DNA of 60,340 nucleotides from Girardia tigrina (GCA_001938485.1 MQRK01233318.1:1-60340); one strand, 5' to 3'. Positions 1 to 14,435 are shown, counted from the stretch's first letter. Translations and numbers: made by a program. Notes: a model not told the origin generated them from the sequence alone.

Positions 1-2
1 CG

Positions 3-533
3 AAGCTGATCAACGAGAGAGACAAACGTCACCAATGTCCAGTAGAAAGATGCTACAAGGAGTTTGCCGAAAAGAAGGAGCTGAACAGACACATGAAAAG
101 GGACCACGCGGTGTCCACTGCCGCTAATCCTGATCAGCTCAATGAGATACAACAACAGCAATTGCCATTCCCATGTACACTATGCAAAAAGTCGTACAAA
201 ACGAAGAGGTGGCTGACCAGACACCTCTACCGGGATCATAAATTGGAGGAGACAGAAGAAATTGGAGAACCAACAATGATACCAGCGCAAATCAGTACAA
301 CCACAGAAGAAAGAGTCGTAGAAAACCTCAACAATTCAGGCAACCAGATTCAATCCGTGACGGACCCCCCGACTATCTCGACGGCGGTGGAAGAAGCGAT
401 AGGTACTGAAGAAACACATCTGACTTTTAGGATTGCAGATCTAACTGCAAGGGGGGAGTTCAGATGTCCCTTTCGCGGCTGTACAAAGTCCACGAATACA
501 GCCAAAGGTATGCAGAACCATGGCTATACAACC
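3..533 (+). mobile_element. Multi-C2H2 zinc-finger ORF fragment, probably the N-terminus of an RLE-type (R2/NeSL/CRE-like) non-LTR retrotransposon
   Basis: Frame is open from base 3. It has three spaced fingers: CPVERC..HMKRDH, CTLC..HLYRDH and CPFRGC..HGYTT (cut by the gap). It is intronless, GC-richer than its flanks and has low-complexity spacers. A host ZF gene cannot be excluded. Confidence 0.55.
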
Positions 534-611
534 NNNNNNNNNNNNNNNNNNNNNNNNNNNNNNNNNNNNNNNNNNNNNNNNNNNNNNNNNNNNNNNNNNN
601 NNNNNNNNNNN

Positions 612-712
612 GGGGGCTGCTAGTGATTCTTTAGTTTGGGTGGACCCTCTAAAGAGCCTAGAGGCTCAATACCATTCGAAAGAGATGGGAGGCCCACTGA
701 GAAACATATCTT
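612..712. repeat. ~100-nt structured interspersed repeat, copy 1 (likely retroelement end/UTR)
   Basis: GGCTGCTAGTGATTCTTTAGTTTGGGTG..CCCTCTAAAGAGCCTAGAGGCTCAA..TTCGAAA..GGAGGCCCA is nearly identical to 46943-47044. Confidence 0.75.
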
Positions 713-948
713 GATTTTTGTACTCATTCTAATGAATTGTTGTTCATTGAAAATTACAAGTTATTATGTTTATAACTCATAAATTGAGTTTTATTAAATA
801 TGCAGTTTTATTAATCACTGCACAAATTTCTGTATAATCTTTGTAAAAATAAAAATAGAGATTCGAAGTTTTAATGAATAAAATATACTACACTATAAAA
901 AAAACTTAAAACAAACACAAAATTGTAATTCACATAACAACTGTAAAT

Positions 949-3716
949 TTAAAATAACTCATCAATTTTAAACAAACGAATTATATCACTATTTTTCGTA
1001 CTGGTCATCACAAGTTCAGCTAATCTTTTGGCATCAGTTCTCAGTTGCCTCTGACAGTTGATCTGTTGTTTCCGGTGGACAAAAATGATTTCTTCATCTG
1101 TTATTTTCGGTGTCAAAAAATGCAACATTTTGGTACTGTCTGATTCTGATGTAGTATAATATTTTGTCGGTGAATTTGTCGCTAGACATGGGTTTATGGG
1201 AGATCTGAGGGCATATCTTGTTTGCTTCATACTGATATATCCTTCTGGTGTGCAGAGATGCTATTTGAGGAACATTATTTAGATATATTTATTAGAGGAC
1301 TTTTATGTATTTAAAAACTAAAATTAGTAGAGGGATTTAAATAAAAATAAGTAAACATTTTCAGAATGTTTTAAACCTAGAAGCATGATTTTAAGATATT
1401 GTTTATTCGTTATTGATGTACCAATAGCCCTCGTAAAAGTAACAATAACTTTTCAATAACTTATTAATATCCAATTTAAACAAATTTCATAAGTGTTAAG
1501 AGAACTCACACATTTGTGACAAGATTTATCGCAATCACAATCTTTATGACAATCCGTAATAGTGTTTTCGCTCATATTCAATCAATGTTTAATACTTCTC
1601 ATCGCAAAATCTGAACTAATTTGAACATACAGGGTATTTCATTCAGTTTTGACAATTTTCCAAATAATTTTGACAATTTATAAAATAATTTAAAAATTTT
1701 TAAGTTGGCTTTTTTAATGAAATATAAATTTTTTTTAAACTTGTTAGTCAAATTTTTTTAAACATGTTTTTGAAGGAAATTAAATTTTATAATTTTACTG
1801 AATAATATAGTCGAATCAACATTATGTTCCAAAGGTCTCAACATTATGGTCTCAAGGAACAAAACTAATAAAATTAATTTATGCTTGGGTTTCCTTTTGA
1901 ATTGGTTTTTTACATAATATATAGGAGAAATTCGTTAGTACGGACTTTTATGGATCATAAAAAAATATCAATGCTATACGGAATTTCTTGAAATAATAAT
2001 AAGTAAAGCGAATTCCATATCAATCGTTGATTGTTCGCCATATTATAGCCATGTACTTGGTTTCTTAACAAGATGTTTAGATAAAGAAGAGATAATTGAT
2101 GAATAATAAATGTTACGTATTAACTTAATTTACATTTTTCAATTAATTTTGTTCAATTTAAATCATTGTGTATAAGGGTATTGTTACTTTATAGTACTAG
2201 GATTTGAAATAATTTTAAGAGATTAAAATGGTATTTATAGAAATACTATATTTATTAAAAAAACAGCTTGAGTAACATATATAATAACAATATTATTAAA
2301 TTTAATTAAATAGCTAACTATTTGAAACAAAATAATATTTGCTTTTTATTTTTAATCATCTATTATATTTGGATTCTTGTAGCACATATGGATCACAACT
2401 ATCTTAAAAATATAGAACAAAATGGTTTAGAATATTTTTAGTTAATAATATTCTAATGTTTACAAAAAAGCCATGTTAAACTGAAATTTAATACTGTTAC
2501 ATTATATTTTATGAAATAATTATTTTTATTATTGGTAAAAATGATAGATATTTCTGTTATTTTTGCATCGAAAAATACCTAATTAAAGATAGTCATAAAT
2601 AATTTCCTATGGTGATTAAAATTATTGTTAAAGGTTAATGAGATTATGAGAGATCAAATAGTATTTTGAAAATTAAAGATAATAATTAAAATATTTTCTA
2701 TGTCAGAACGCAAAACACAATTTAGTGATGGTATCATAAAAATAGGTCATTAATTTTAGAAACAAAACAGTCTATTCGATTAATTTTAATGTAAGACTAT
2801 AAATAATTTGTGGCACAGCACGCTCAACTAAAAGAAACTTGGGTTACTGCAACGTTGAGTGTAATACTCTAAAATTATTTAATTTTTATAATTCCATAAG
2901 TTTTTGCTAAAGAAATATTTAGTTCCGGAACCCGTTCCTTCCCAAAACGAAAGTTCTAGAGGAGTTGCCCGCTTCAGTAAGTCCTTGGATAATATATATT
3001 ATCATATATTTTACCAAAATAATATTTACGTTCCATGTATCGATTTCGATATTAAATTATCATTATATTCAAATTTTTTATTAAAAAATTGTTGTTGTAT
3101 TGTTTTGTTAAAATTAACTAATAAATCAGAAAACCATTTTTTATGCCAACAGATTTTTTTGTTATCTTTTGTAGAAAGGAAAATTTTATACAGTTTTAAC
3201 TTTAAACATTTACAGATAATCGTAAAATATTTTTTGCAAAAAAAATTTATGATTTCCTATTTTGATCAAATTATCACATTAACATTTATTGTCATCGAAA
3301 ATGAGTAAATGTTCAAAGTTTGGAAAAAATTGATTCAGTAAAAAGCCTTCGAAAATAGGTTTCTAAATTCCATGGACAAACACACAATCATTAATAATTA
3401 ATCATTGTTCATGTAATCAGTAACAATTTTTAGCGAAAACTCTGGAAGTAAATGGCTTTCATGCAAGTTTAATAGTCCGATCTTCTCGTTGTTTTTTATT
3501 TGAAACTAGATACAGACATAAAACACTATTTTCATTATAATATACCATTATCAGTACGTATAAGCACGTATATTACACATTTCGCAGTAAAAACTGATCT
3601 ACATAAAAGATAATGATCTCTATGTGTGTACTGAAGAGATCTCAATATATTTTGTTGTTGTTCTACTCAGCATTCTCCTAATTTGAAGATCTTTTTTCCA
3701 TTATTTTTAAAAGCTC

Positions 3717-3765
<49 letters not shown>

Positions 3766-6700
3766 TCCTATCCAAAACATCGACAGCCAAAACATCAAAA
3801 CATGAAGTAAAACAATGGTACAGTACTTAGATCACCTCATTTATTTTAACCATTTCTGTGATCTGTATATGATTTAATTTATCAAGGTATTCCAAAAACA
3901 CAGAATATCGCCGAGACTTGGTACAGAAGATAGGAATGTGTAATTGAGCGATCCCATATCGGAATTTTTATAATCATAAGAGTTACAAAAGGAACAAGCA
4001 TATATAGTATATGTAACAGGCGGAATATATAATTAGAGGTTAACCTGTCTCGAAACACCGAAGAAGTATAATTCCAAAAGAAAATAGGATAATAGTTAAT
4101 CGTCGTTGCAATACTGATCTATTGGAATATTTGAGAGGAATTGCACATAATCTATTGTTTGAAATAACATTTTAATTTATATTTATTTATTATTATATTG
4201 ATACATTTGGTTACGTGATTTATTTGTCGATTTTTAGGCTTGTCGATATTTTGGCTGTCGATGTTTTGTTCAACTTTTTGAAAAACATTGTTAATCATTC
4301 TATTTGCAAAAAATAAATATATAGGGTATTTTATTTAATTAAATGTGTATTTTTGACTGAAAAAAANNNNNNNNNNNNNNNNNNNNNNNNNNNNNNNNNN
4401 NNNNNNNNNNNNNNNNNNNNNNNNNNNNNNNNNNNNNNNNNNNNNNNNNNNNNNNNNNNNNNNNNNNNNNNNNNNNNNNNNNNNNNNNNNNNNNNNNNNN
4501 NNNNNNNNNNNNNNNNNNNNNNNNNNNNNNNNNNNNNNNNNNNNNNNNNNNNNNNNNNNNNNNNNNNNNNNNNNNNNNNNNNNNNNNNNNNNNNNNNNNN
4601 NNNNNNNNNNNNNNNNNNNNNNNNNNNNNNNNNNNNNNNNNNNNNNNNNNNNNNNNNNATCCAAACTACAACAGAAGTGTCATAACATCATGTACTACTT
4701 AAGAAATACTACGAAGATGTAATAATAGTTAATTGATTGTTCGGCTTCCCAAACTGCAGAAAATAGTGTTCAATGTAACCTTTTCATATTGAAATACAAT
4801 AAAACATCAATTATATATTATATTTCATATTGAAATATAATAGATAGAAGCATAATGAACACGTAGCATTTACTATTCTGGTCATTTTTAAAATAAACAT
4901 TTATTGTTATTCTTCAGTGAGATACTCCTCTAACTTACGGCTTCTGAAAACATACTCAAACTGTAACATAAGATAACAGTGTAGGCACAAGTTCCACGTA
5001 TAATACTAGACCCAATCCGGTATGAGTTGGGTCTAAACAAATTTTAATACTTATGAGACTATAATATGTGTAATATTTAATGTAAGTAAATAGTTAAAAG
5101 AGTTTTTAACTACAAATTTAAGATTTGATATCTGAAATTAAATAGGGCCCGTTCATCAGTTATTTATAACCTCATATAGCGATACTACTTATCATCTCTG
5201 ATTTGATATAATTAATTTAAAGATAATCTTTGTGCAATAATATCTATCTTTATTGTACCGCTTATATATTGTAGGAATTAAATTTAAGTCAATGTAAATA
5301 GAGAATTTATACATATAAATGAATTTTTAAAATGTAAGCATTAATTTTCTAGATTCATATTATAAATAGATATACTTCAAATATAATTCACAATAATTAC
5401 TGGATATTTGGTATAAAATTCATTGAATCCTCCACGTAGAACATAAACATGTGGAAATTTCAGTCTCGGGTGACATGTAACATTAGCCATTCTATCGAGC
5501 CCTCTGAGACACTGCGCTCTGAAATAAAATACGTGTTTTAAACAGAAAAAAACTTTCAAATTAAATTGTTACAATTTTGGAGCACGAAAAGAAGAAAATT
5601 CACAGTAGAAAATGAAAGCCTTTGAATGAGAATTGTCATCAACTGAATTTGGTGACTCAAGTAGTTTCAAAACTTGATGTAATTCTTGTTCAATATCTGG
5701 TGGCGATGATTTTGGTGGTTTGCATATGTATTGCATTAGTTGTCGACAGGTGTATAAATTTGTTGATTTATTGATGTGACCCCCTTCATATTCATAGGGA
5801 AATCTGCAGTCAATTATGGAATAATCAGACAAATAACACGAATAACGACCGATTAGCAATTCATATAAGGTTTGGTTGGATATTTCTGGAATATAAATAT
5901 TGTTTGTTGAAGAATCACGTAATATGGGAAGTGGTGATGGATGATTAGATAAATTGTGAATGTTTCGATTTCTTTGACGAAGCTAAAATATAATTTCTTA
6001 TATTTAGTCATATTAGAGTGCAAATTTATTAATTTAATAATATTATTCGTGTTTAAATTTATTTGAAATATCATAAAAAATTAAAATAATATATCAATCT
6101 GAATGAAAAGAGTACAAGTAATTTGTTATTTATATATAAAACAGTGGTTTTTAATCTTTTTGGAAATAAAATCATCATACTCATCATAGAACATAGCAAT
6201 AAAAATTGCTTGAAAAATTATTAATTGGTAACCGTTCCCATACCATTCAACACATCGGTCATAATTGATTTGGCATAAAACTACTCCTAAATATAAGAGA
6301 CTTCTTCATACAGACATTCAATCAAGTTGAACCAAATGACCATCGATACCAGTAACGAAAATTAAATATTCTTCAAACACGTTTTTATACTGGATGATTT
6401 CATTTGCCCAGCAAGTCACAATGTTTTTTATGACTACAACATTGTGTGCAATTAATAATAAAATTTTTCAAAGCGTTAAGACAAATGAACCAAGCCATGA
6501 AACTACTTCAAACTAAGTTATTCATCGACTTGGAAATATCAAATTCCAGGTGCAAAGAAATTTTATTCATTGATATCCAAACTCCATACGATTTAATCGA
6601 TACTGACTAAAGCAAACCCTAAAGTCCTCAGGGGTTGGATAATTCGTCTTTGAATTAATTTGATCTTAATTCATGACCAAACGAAATAATATAGTATTTA

Positions 6701-8195
6701 AAATTTAATATCTCCAAGAAAATGCGATTAAAAAACCTAAGTGAATGTCAAACTTGGTTGTCTCATAAAATTCGATAACGAAATCCTAGTGCTGAGAATC
6801 GAAAACGACAATTTGTATTATCACAAATTATAGTGATAGAAATGCTGTGATTAGGTACCGTTCAATCATCATCATATTATACATGGTTATAACATATAGC
6901 TTATTTAAAATAAATTTCTGTTCTTTTATATTTAAAATTGATCAAATATATCATATATTATAATCAACTTTGAAAATGATTTAATCCCTCTCAATTAAAT
7001 AAATGTTTTCGTAGTAATTTTCGTGCTCTAACCCTTTGACTATCATTTGGACAATACGTCCCAATTTAATATGAATAAGAAAATAGTTCGGTAGTCAAAG
7101 AGTTAACAATGGTATTCACAAAGATAAATACTGGATGAAATAAAAAATAGTAAAAAACTATAAGATTTAGACTGATAAGTGATAATCAAATACTCATAAA
7201 GGTTAAGATTAATGCTTGAAATTATCATTAGCTTTCAATCCTATTGAGCCAAAATCTAGATTACCAATCGCTATTATTAACAAGTAAATCTTTTTAAAAA
7301 TTTTGACTTTTAACAACTCATTAGAAGCGTCATACTGTTGTGCCATTTGATCAACCTTATACACTTTGGATTTAAAACTTTTATGTGATCTGACGAATAA
7401 ATTATAATATAAATGGAAAACATCAACATTAGTTGTACAAATGTAATTTAAAATGTATGAAACTTATTACATTAAAGAGACATTAAACAATATGATTTAA
7501 ATTTGAGCAATTATTACATCAACTTGAAAGGTCTAAATTATTAGAATAATTAAATATGGGTTTTAAAATATTATCTAATGATTACATGACATATTTCTAT
7601 GGGTAATAACAAAAATATTATATAATCAAGCAAAGTAACAAACTTCATAGCAAAATGTTTTTGGTTTTTTATGCTCAGAATCTTCATGTTCCCCAACCAC
7701 AGATGGCCGCTTGTGTTTGTCTTTGTCGAATGGGTCCATAAACTTGTTATCGAGTGCATTGTCTTCATGACACTCACACATATTATGTAAGTCTTCTGAC
7801 ATGACAAACGAATGGATCCCCGACCAGCGCATTGATTCCAAATCGCCTATACACAAAGGCTTCTTGCTGAATTCCCCTGTCTTATGAAGCAAAAGAACTT
7901 GGTCTTTACACCCAATTCATTGTAATTTTATCGTAATTACCGAAGATAATTTTGAATCAACGTGCTTCCGTTTACTACGAAGAGAGTATTTGTTCTCAAA
8001 GAAATCGTTGTCTCCACAATCAGATGATAAATCAAATGGATTGATCGAGTACCGGACCTTGCTCCGCAGTCGCATATAGCTGGTGGAATGAGATTCAATA
8101 GAATCTTTCGAACTATCCCCAGTCGTGCTGCTTAGAGTCTTCAAGCTGAAGTCATCTAATTCCGGCAATCTGAAGTAAGGAGACAACTGAAACAT
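949..8195 (-). CDS. cdc25: Cdc25-family (M-phase inducer) rhodanese-fold phosphatase, multi-exon
   Basis: Exons read manually. About 8195-7941 and about 7880-7644 encode a Ser-rich N-terminus, and additional small exons may lie at 7200-7530. 5982-5573 encodes IIDCRFPYEYEGGHI and FYCEFSSFRAPK. 5518-5401 encodes LRGLDR..FPHVYVLRGGFNEFYTKYP. 1260-949 encodes HLCTPEGYISM..stop. GT-AG boundaries keep the frame across the three catalytic exons. Linkage of the 5' exons is less certain. Confidence 0.88.
3720..3763. repeat. (TA)n microsatellite
   Basis: About 21 perfect TA units. Confidence 0.97.
3764..4275 (+). mobile_element. Internally deleted MULE/Mutator-like element
   Basis: Inverted ends CAAAACATCGACAGCCAAAA / TTTTGGCTGTCGATGTTTTG. 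The internal remnant GIPKTQNIAETWYRR resembles the MULE C-terminal RTNNxxExWH motif. Confidence 0.6.
7032..7102. mobile_element. Tiny piggyBac-like MITE
   Basis: CCCTTTGACTATC ... GGTAGTCAAAGAG inverted ends, flanked by CTAA and TTAA. Confidence 0.5.
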
Positions 8196-8864
8196 TGCTT
8201 GTAAAAGTAACTGAAATAAATTCTGAGTTAAACCGAGGAGAATGGTGTCCAAGATAAATCAACACACACACAACACAAAGAACATCGGTGTGTCTCTCAT
8301 GTGTATGTCATGTACACACCGCTGAGGATTAGATAAAATGTCATGTTTAAACCTATCCGCTAATCAAAAATATGAAAACATTATCAAGTTGTGAAATGCC
8401 AATTATAATCTTTCATGTTTTAAAAGTGCAAGTGATAAGGCCAGTTGAAAAAGTTAAACAAACATGTGTTATCATTAAAACAATGATATTCAACTTTCTG
8501 TCTCAAATAACTCATATAACCAGGATCTATAAATAATTTTCGAAAATTCACTTTCCACTCGTAACTCATTAGATACCTTATAAATTAAGAATGGCTTTAT
8601 TTCCATTTTTATAATTGGTTCATTTTTAAATTGATTCGATTGACGCAATTACTTCAATTAAACTATTTATAACATTAACATTATCAAAAAATTAAAAAAA
8701 GAATGTGTAAACTTTACTGAATAAGTTAACGTAAGTTTTTGGCTTTAAAATGTAAAACTTTCTCAAAATTAAACATTTTATTTCATGAAGTATTAATGTA
8801 TAACTTTCAAATTCTGTGTAATCGATCTAAAATTGGAGATTTCCTGCATTCCTTTGCCTGTCAA

Positions 8865-9095
8865 ATCACCGGAACCCAATAGAGAATATTTGATTATTCA
8901 TTATCATGCTCTTCAAAAACAAAAACAAGCCTTTATCTTTTGATGCTTTACTCGATACTCTTTGAGAAGAATGGGCCGCAATCTCTCAGGATATTATTAA
9001 CAAATTAATTAATTCTATGCCCTCATGTATTAATTCGTTAGTGTATTATTATCTGTGTTTCTTCTGGGGTGTCCACTTAGTTCTGACAATGCATT
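8865..9095 (+). mobile_element. Tc1-like transposase 3' fragment
   Basis: Degenerate NPIENI*..EEWAAISQDIINKLINSMP, typical of the Tc1 DDE C-terminus. Confidence 0.55.
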
Positions 9096-11639
9096 ATTTA
9101 GTGCATCTATATAATTATTTACAATTAAATCTCATTATTTTCTTTTTATTTCATAAACAATTGATTAGTAAAAGATAAAATTTGAGAAATTTTCCATCTA
9201 TCAATACATATAATTATCAGAAAATGTTTTTGACAAACGATGAATGCAAAAATTCTGGAAATTATTATAATTACTATTACTAATATTATCGTAAAAATTA
9301 ATACATCTAACTGGGGATTTATATTAAAAAAAATCAAATTAATAATTATGGATTGTAATTATGATAAAAATAACAAACAAAAAATAACACTGATAAAAAT
9401 AACAAAAGCGACATTCAGACTAAATCAAAGTTAAAATAAAACTGGAATTCTAAATAAAAGGTCCTATTTTATCAAATATTACCGAAAGCAAATATTTCGG
9501 ATGAAAATGGAGATAAGATAAAAACTTTTAAAATAGAAGTTCCTAAATTTCCTTAAAAGATTACTGAAAGTCATAGGACTTCAAAGAACCTCTCTAAATC
9601 TGTCGTTTTACGTCGATTGAAAGATCTGCTTCACCTTACTGACCGTTCAAATGAACTGATCGAGATCATAGATCGTTTTAGAAATGCTTAAGTCATTAGT
9701 GTGATGCATTTTTAAATTTTACCTGTAATACGTTACTTTCTTACGGTACGTGACAATTGGGTGCAGAAACAATAAACATCAACGTTTAATTGACTTTCAT
9801 ATTGTTATATGTAGATTTGTAAATAAATTTTTTATTTTATTAATCTTATTATTTTTTTCTTTTCTCCTCTTCTATGTTCTGATAATTTTTTTATTTTTAA
9901 TATTTTTAATTTTTATCAATTTTTTCTTTTCAATCATGTTTTTCTTTTTCGTTTGTATCAGAGGACTATCTATTAATTTAGGATAACTATATATAGTTTT
10001 GAATAAATGTATATTGAATTATCAAGAAATGAAAACGATTGTGTGAATTTATATGCAAAATTTCTAGAAACTCTATTCTGTTTTATTCTGTAAATAAATG
10101 TTTTAATACAATGTGTTTTTATTTTTTTAAGACTAATTTTATCCTTTCACCTAAATATTATCATTTAATTTTTCTGCGCCCAGTTGTTCTTGGAATTGAT
10201 CATCCTACAATATGAAAGTTCCTAGATGGTTTAAGAAGAATACTAAAAATTAATGATCAAATAGTTAAATAGTTTAATACAATATCTTATTTTTTATGAA
10301 TGTGTCATCCGTTATTTAATTTATTATCACTTCAATTTTCTGCGCCGAATTGTCCGGTTTCGTTTTCTTATTGTGATTGATTATTTTACTTAGTTTTTAT
10401 TGTTAATCAGTTCCACAATTTAAAATTAATTAAGAAATTAATCAGTGATGATGGTTGATCCGTCGAAATATAGTCTTAATAAAAAATACTTTTAAATTGT
10501 AATATTAAAAGTTCTCAACCGGTCTAAAACTTATAAAATTCACTATACACATTTCTTAACTCTTTTCCTAATCAATTTTTTCATCCAGACATTGTCTTTC
10601 AAAGTAAAATCTTATTTTATAAACTAAATAAAAAACAACAACATCAAAAGCTAAAAACACAGTAAATCCAAGAAGCGTGATTATACTTTTCAACATTGCA
10701 AAAGTTATTTTTAACTCCATAATTATGTAGCAGAAAAACAATCTTTATCAAAACGAATTCAAGATAAATAAATGTTTCAATGCAATTTCTTACCTAATAA
10801 TTTTAATTTATATGGAGGAAAAATATTTTTCACTAAAATGATTAAAAATAAACAAATTAAATTGAATAGTAAAAGTTTTTACTAATTTGACCATTTAACA
10901 CACTAGTATCCAGTATAAAATGAATTTACTCGTACTACTTGAATAGTGAAATCTTTGCGTTCAATTTAATCTAATAAGTGGATAATCAATCTTATGATTC
11001 ACTCATAAGAACCCATTTTGTGAGAATTCTAAAGATTGTTTTTCATTTATAAAGTTTATAAGGTTAATGAAATTCCGGTAAAACATTCAGTTTCTCGAAT
11101 TTATTAGATGTTTGGTTTAATATGAATTGGACTGGGCTTTTAATTTGTAATTTAATCGAATAAAATTTACAAATCAAATGACAAAAGAATTATTTGACTC
11201 CAGGAAACAATGTTTTCTTGATAGTTTAAATTTGAAAGACATTTTGAGTAAGATTATAATTATTCGGACCTTCTATGTTACTCTAATTTCAAATTCAAAA
11301 TCCTGCAATATATTTCAAGCGATTCCTTCTTTCGGCAACTTGAATATTTAAAACATGTCTATAAGGATTTTCCAACATTCATTTAAACACACAATTTTAT
11401 ACCATAATTTGAAAAAATGCCGATTTTGTTAATATGAGATTTAATTAAGTATATTTTAGATCCATACAATGGCCAGCAAAAGAAATTCGTTTTTCTACGT
11501 CAATGAAATCTTATCAAAATCTAAAAAAATACATTTGAAAATATTTATTTATGAAAATCGCATATGCAATTATACTAAGTGTTAGCAAGTCATAATGGAG
11601 ACTCAAAATGATCTCCATTAATTTCAATGACATCCTGGA

Positions 11640-12570
11640 GGTAACATGTAAAATGTTCAAACTCATCTGTGTGGTTGGTCTCCGATGTTGAATCTCAATA
11701 TTGAGGAAAATTGTTGCTCACCTCTCCTGAATTACTGAAGTTTTTTCTACGTCATTAGTATTTGTAGTTCCTGCAGATAAAGCGATCCATGAGGTTAGTG
11801 TCGCCTGAATAGGACGACTGCTTTAATAGGAACACGCAATGTTCTTCAAGCCAAAGTCGAATCAACTGTACTACGCAAGGTCTTGCATTGCTTTGTAAGT
11901 TTGAAATCATAGTCCACAGGAATTGTCTCATCGTTGAAGGATCCATCTTAGTAAAGAAGTTCAAAATACGTGAGTGTTTTTGAATAGATGCTAGCAACAA
12001 TAATCAGAATTTTACAATCAGATATTGACCGCTTAGCAATAGGTGAACGATCCCCTGCGCCATCCACCAAATATGGTTGCATTCTTTTGCAGGTACACCA
12101 TGAAGGTAAATCCAATTTCCATCGATCACAATTATCTTATCACTTCTTGTCGAATAGAAATTCAACATTTCTTGATAGCAAGTGACTCTAATTTACTCTA
12201 ATTCACTTCAAAATGTGAGGAACAAATCTGCTACAAAGTGACTTTTCAATATGCGGCAAATACTCGTTTTTTTCAATGTCTGTGACTCGTGAAATGCCTG
12301 GACAGTTTAAGTGGCAATTTTCTTTAATCATTTCATGCTAAATTATGATAAAATCTTCTGCAGTGCTCGTTCTTGGTCTTTCTGAACCTTCTCTTCACTG
12401 AAAAAATTCACCATTCTACAAACTCTGGTAATCTGATGTAATCTCCGAAGGCTGACGATGTTCTCTGCTCCCACACTTTCGACAATAAAGCTATTGATTT
12501 CAGAAGCTGAAAACTTATTTGGTGCTTAAGTTGCCACGAAGAAATTTATGTCACTTTGTTGTCTTCATAA
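11640..12570 (-). mobile_element. Degenerate mariner-like transposase
   Basis: Fragments: HTH region with EGSERPRTST, NARPC (mariner HDNARPH) and YSGDTNLMD (YSPDLxxxD). Many frameshifts. Confidence 0.6.
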
Positions 12571-12699
12571 TTCCGACTAAATCATTTAACCAACTCTAAT
12601 CGATTTATTTAAATCAAAATTTTTTTTACTCCCGTGACAATTAAATTTATAAACCAGATTAGTTTGTAATCCACAAATCGTTTTCGATTTATTCGATTG

Positions 12700-13330
12700 G
12701 AAACTTTGAACTTTGGATGTCATTGAAACCACTTTGACAATACTTAGTGAGGCAAATACTCTTCTTAAATTCGTTAAATCTTTCAGAATATGGTATTTTA
12801 ATTATTTGTTTGTACTCTTCACTAATTTCTTCAAACACTTTTTTCTTAGCCTATGCTTGTCCACATAATTTATCCAATCTAACCTTAATGTTGTGATCGA
12901 TATATTTGTTTGTGTACATATTATCCCTCAAGCGTCCTCTAAGAATATTTAAACCATGATTTGCGGTTTCAAAATTGAAAGACAAACTCAAATCTGTGAA
13001 TATTTCTCATTCATCCTAATGAAAAGAATGTCAAGAAAAAGAAGTTTGTTATTAACTTCCAATTCTGTAGTGAATTTACTATTAGGATGAAGACCATTCA
13101 AGAATTTTAAGAATGGTTCTATAAGGTATTGGTTTTTTAAAACATGAAATATGTCATATATCTCTTGTAAGGTACAGGTTTTCCCAAGGTATTTATCGAT
13201 TTTTTCCTCAAGAGAATTCATAAAAGTTAATGTCAACGTTTGTACTATTGGGGTACCAATTACGACTCCATCTTTCTGAGTTTACCATTCATTACTACAA
13301 AGAAATGGTTCATTTTTGGCCGAAAATTTT
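12700..13330 (-). mobile_element. Penelope-like element reverse transcriptase fragment
   Basis: DGVVIGTP (GxxMGSP), DIF, and FLNGLHPNSKFTTELEVNNKLLFLDILFIR, the characteristic PLE RT thumb signature. Confidence 0.75.
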
Positions 13331-13539
13331 AGTTCTTTGTTAATTACGTCATACACAGAATCAAAATTATCATCCCATAATTTTATTCTCATTATGAGCG
13401 GCATTTTTGTGAATTATGGATCCTAAATATCGTCTTCAACTTGATTTCGTTCAAAAATGAAAAGTTAATTAATTAATACTATATTTGTTTTTAAAATATT
13501 AAAGTTATATTAGTATTTTTAAAATGAATTTTTTTAGTG

Positions 13540-14360
13540 TCTTGAAGTTATTTTTATCCAATCATAATTCAGACAAATATTCTGTTTTGTCAGTGGATGA
13601 TTCATTTGATGATGGTCGGTTAAGAACGAAACATGTCGTAAATATTAATTAAATAATAAATAATAAAATAATTGAAATAGATATGTTTAAAACTTCTGTG
13701 GGACGAGAAAGACAGTTAACCTTTAAATGAAAATAGCACCCATACGTAAACTCCGATATGACGCAATCACCACCATACAGTCTGTGAAAAGAGATTTATA
13801 ATTTCGATGGCAATACGAGAATCATTTAAAAAGTTTGAATGATTAATTATTCATTTTGTTGCAACAGATGCGATTGTCCCCTGATTTATAAGTTAAATAG
13901 AAAACAAAATAAATTTTAATTTATATATTTGTCATAATTTTATGAATTATTGACATTTTAGAATTTCTGATTAATTATAAATTTATTTGACTATATCTTT
14001 ATTATGAGGAATTTTCGTGGTTTAAAGTGCGGAAACGGTACTAAGTTGATCAGACTATCAGAATCAGTAATTGACACCGAAATATTGTTTAAGCAATTTT
14101 CAATTCAGATCAAATTGTTTGAGATTTCACGTGATCCAATAGTTGTACTGAAACAACACATTAAAATGCTCATCTTAACCGGTCGGTTACTTTTTCATCA
14201 AAAAAAGTTCGATCGGGTTATGGAACCGAAATATCGAATACGAATCGATTAAATTGTTGTAAATTGCGAATTTGATAATCGATTTCTAAAATACTTACCG
14301 ATCGGATTTCGTTCAAAAATGAAAAATTAATTGATAGAGACTAAATTTGTTTTTAAAGTA
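13540..14360 (+). repeat. Composite interspersed repeat with a degenerate hammerhead-like motif and a MITE arm; related copies at about 18000-18850 and 19050-19260
   Basis: Shared blocks GGATGATTCATTTGATGA..CGGTTAAGAACGAAA, CTCC(G/A)ATATGACGCAATCA, and GAGATTTCACGTGATCC..CACATTAAAATG. Confidence 0.7.
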
Positions 14361-14435
14361 TTAAAAGTTGCTTATTTTAAAACAAAATATGTTACTATAA
14401 TTAAAAAAAATTAATTAAAATTTTAGTATTTTATA

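Noticed and set aside
2904-3308. 134-aa ORF and similar I/F/L/K/N-rich ORFs (9146-9986, 22420-22761, 45397-45678)
   Set aside because: Composition is that expected from AT-rich non-coding DNA, with no recognisable motifs.
6135-6800. hAT transposase remnant after a CAGTGGTTTTTAA end
   Set aside because: No matching second TIR or TSD, and no clear catalytic motif.
7917-7919. Selenocysteine or stop-codon readthrough in cdc25
   Set aside because: A 60-nt in-frame intron explains the stop more simply, and no SECIS was recognised.
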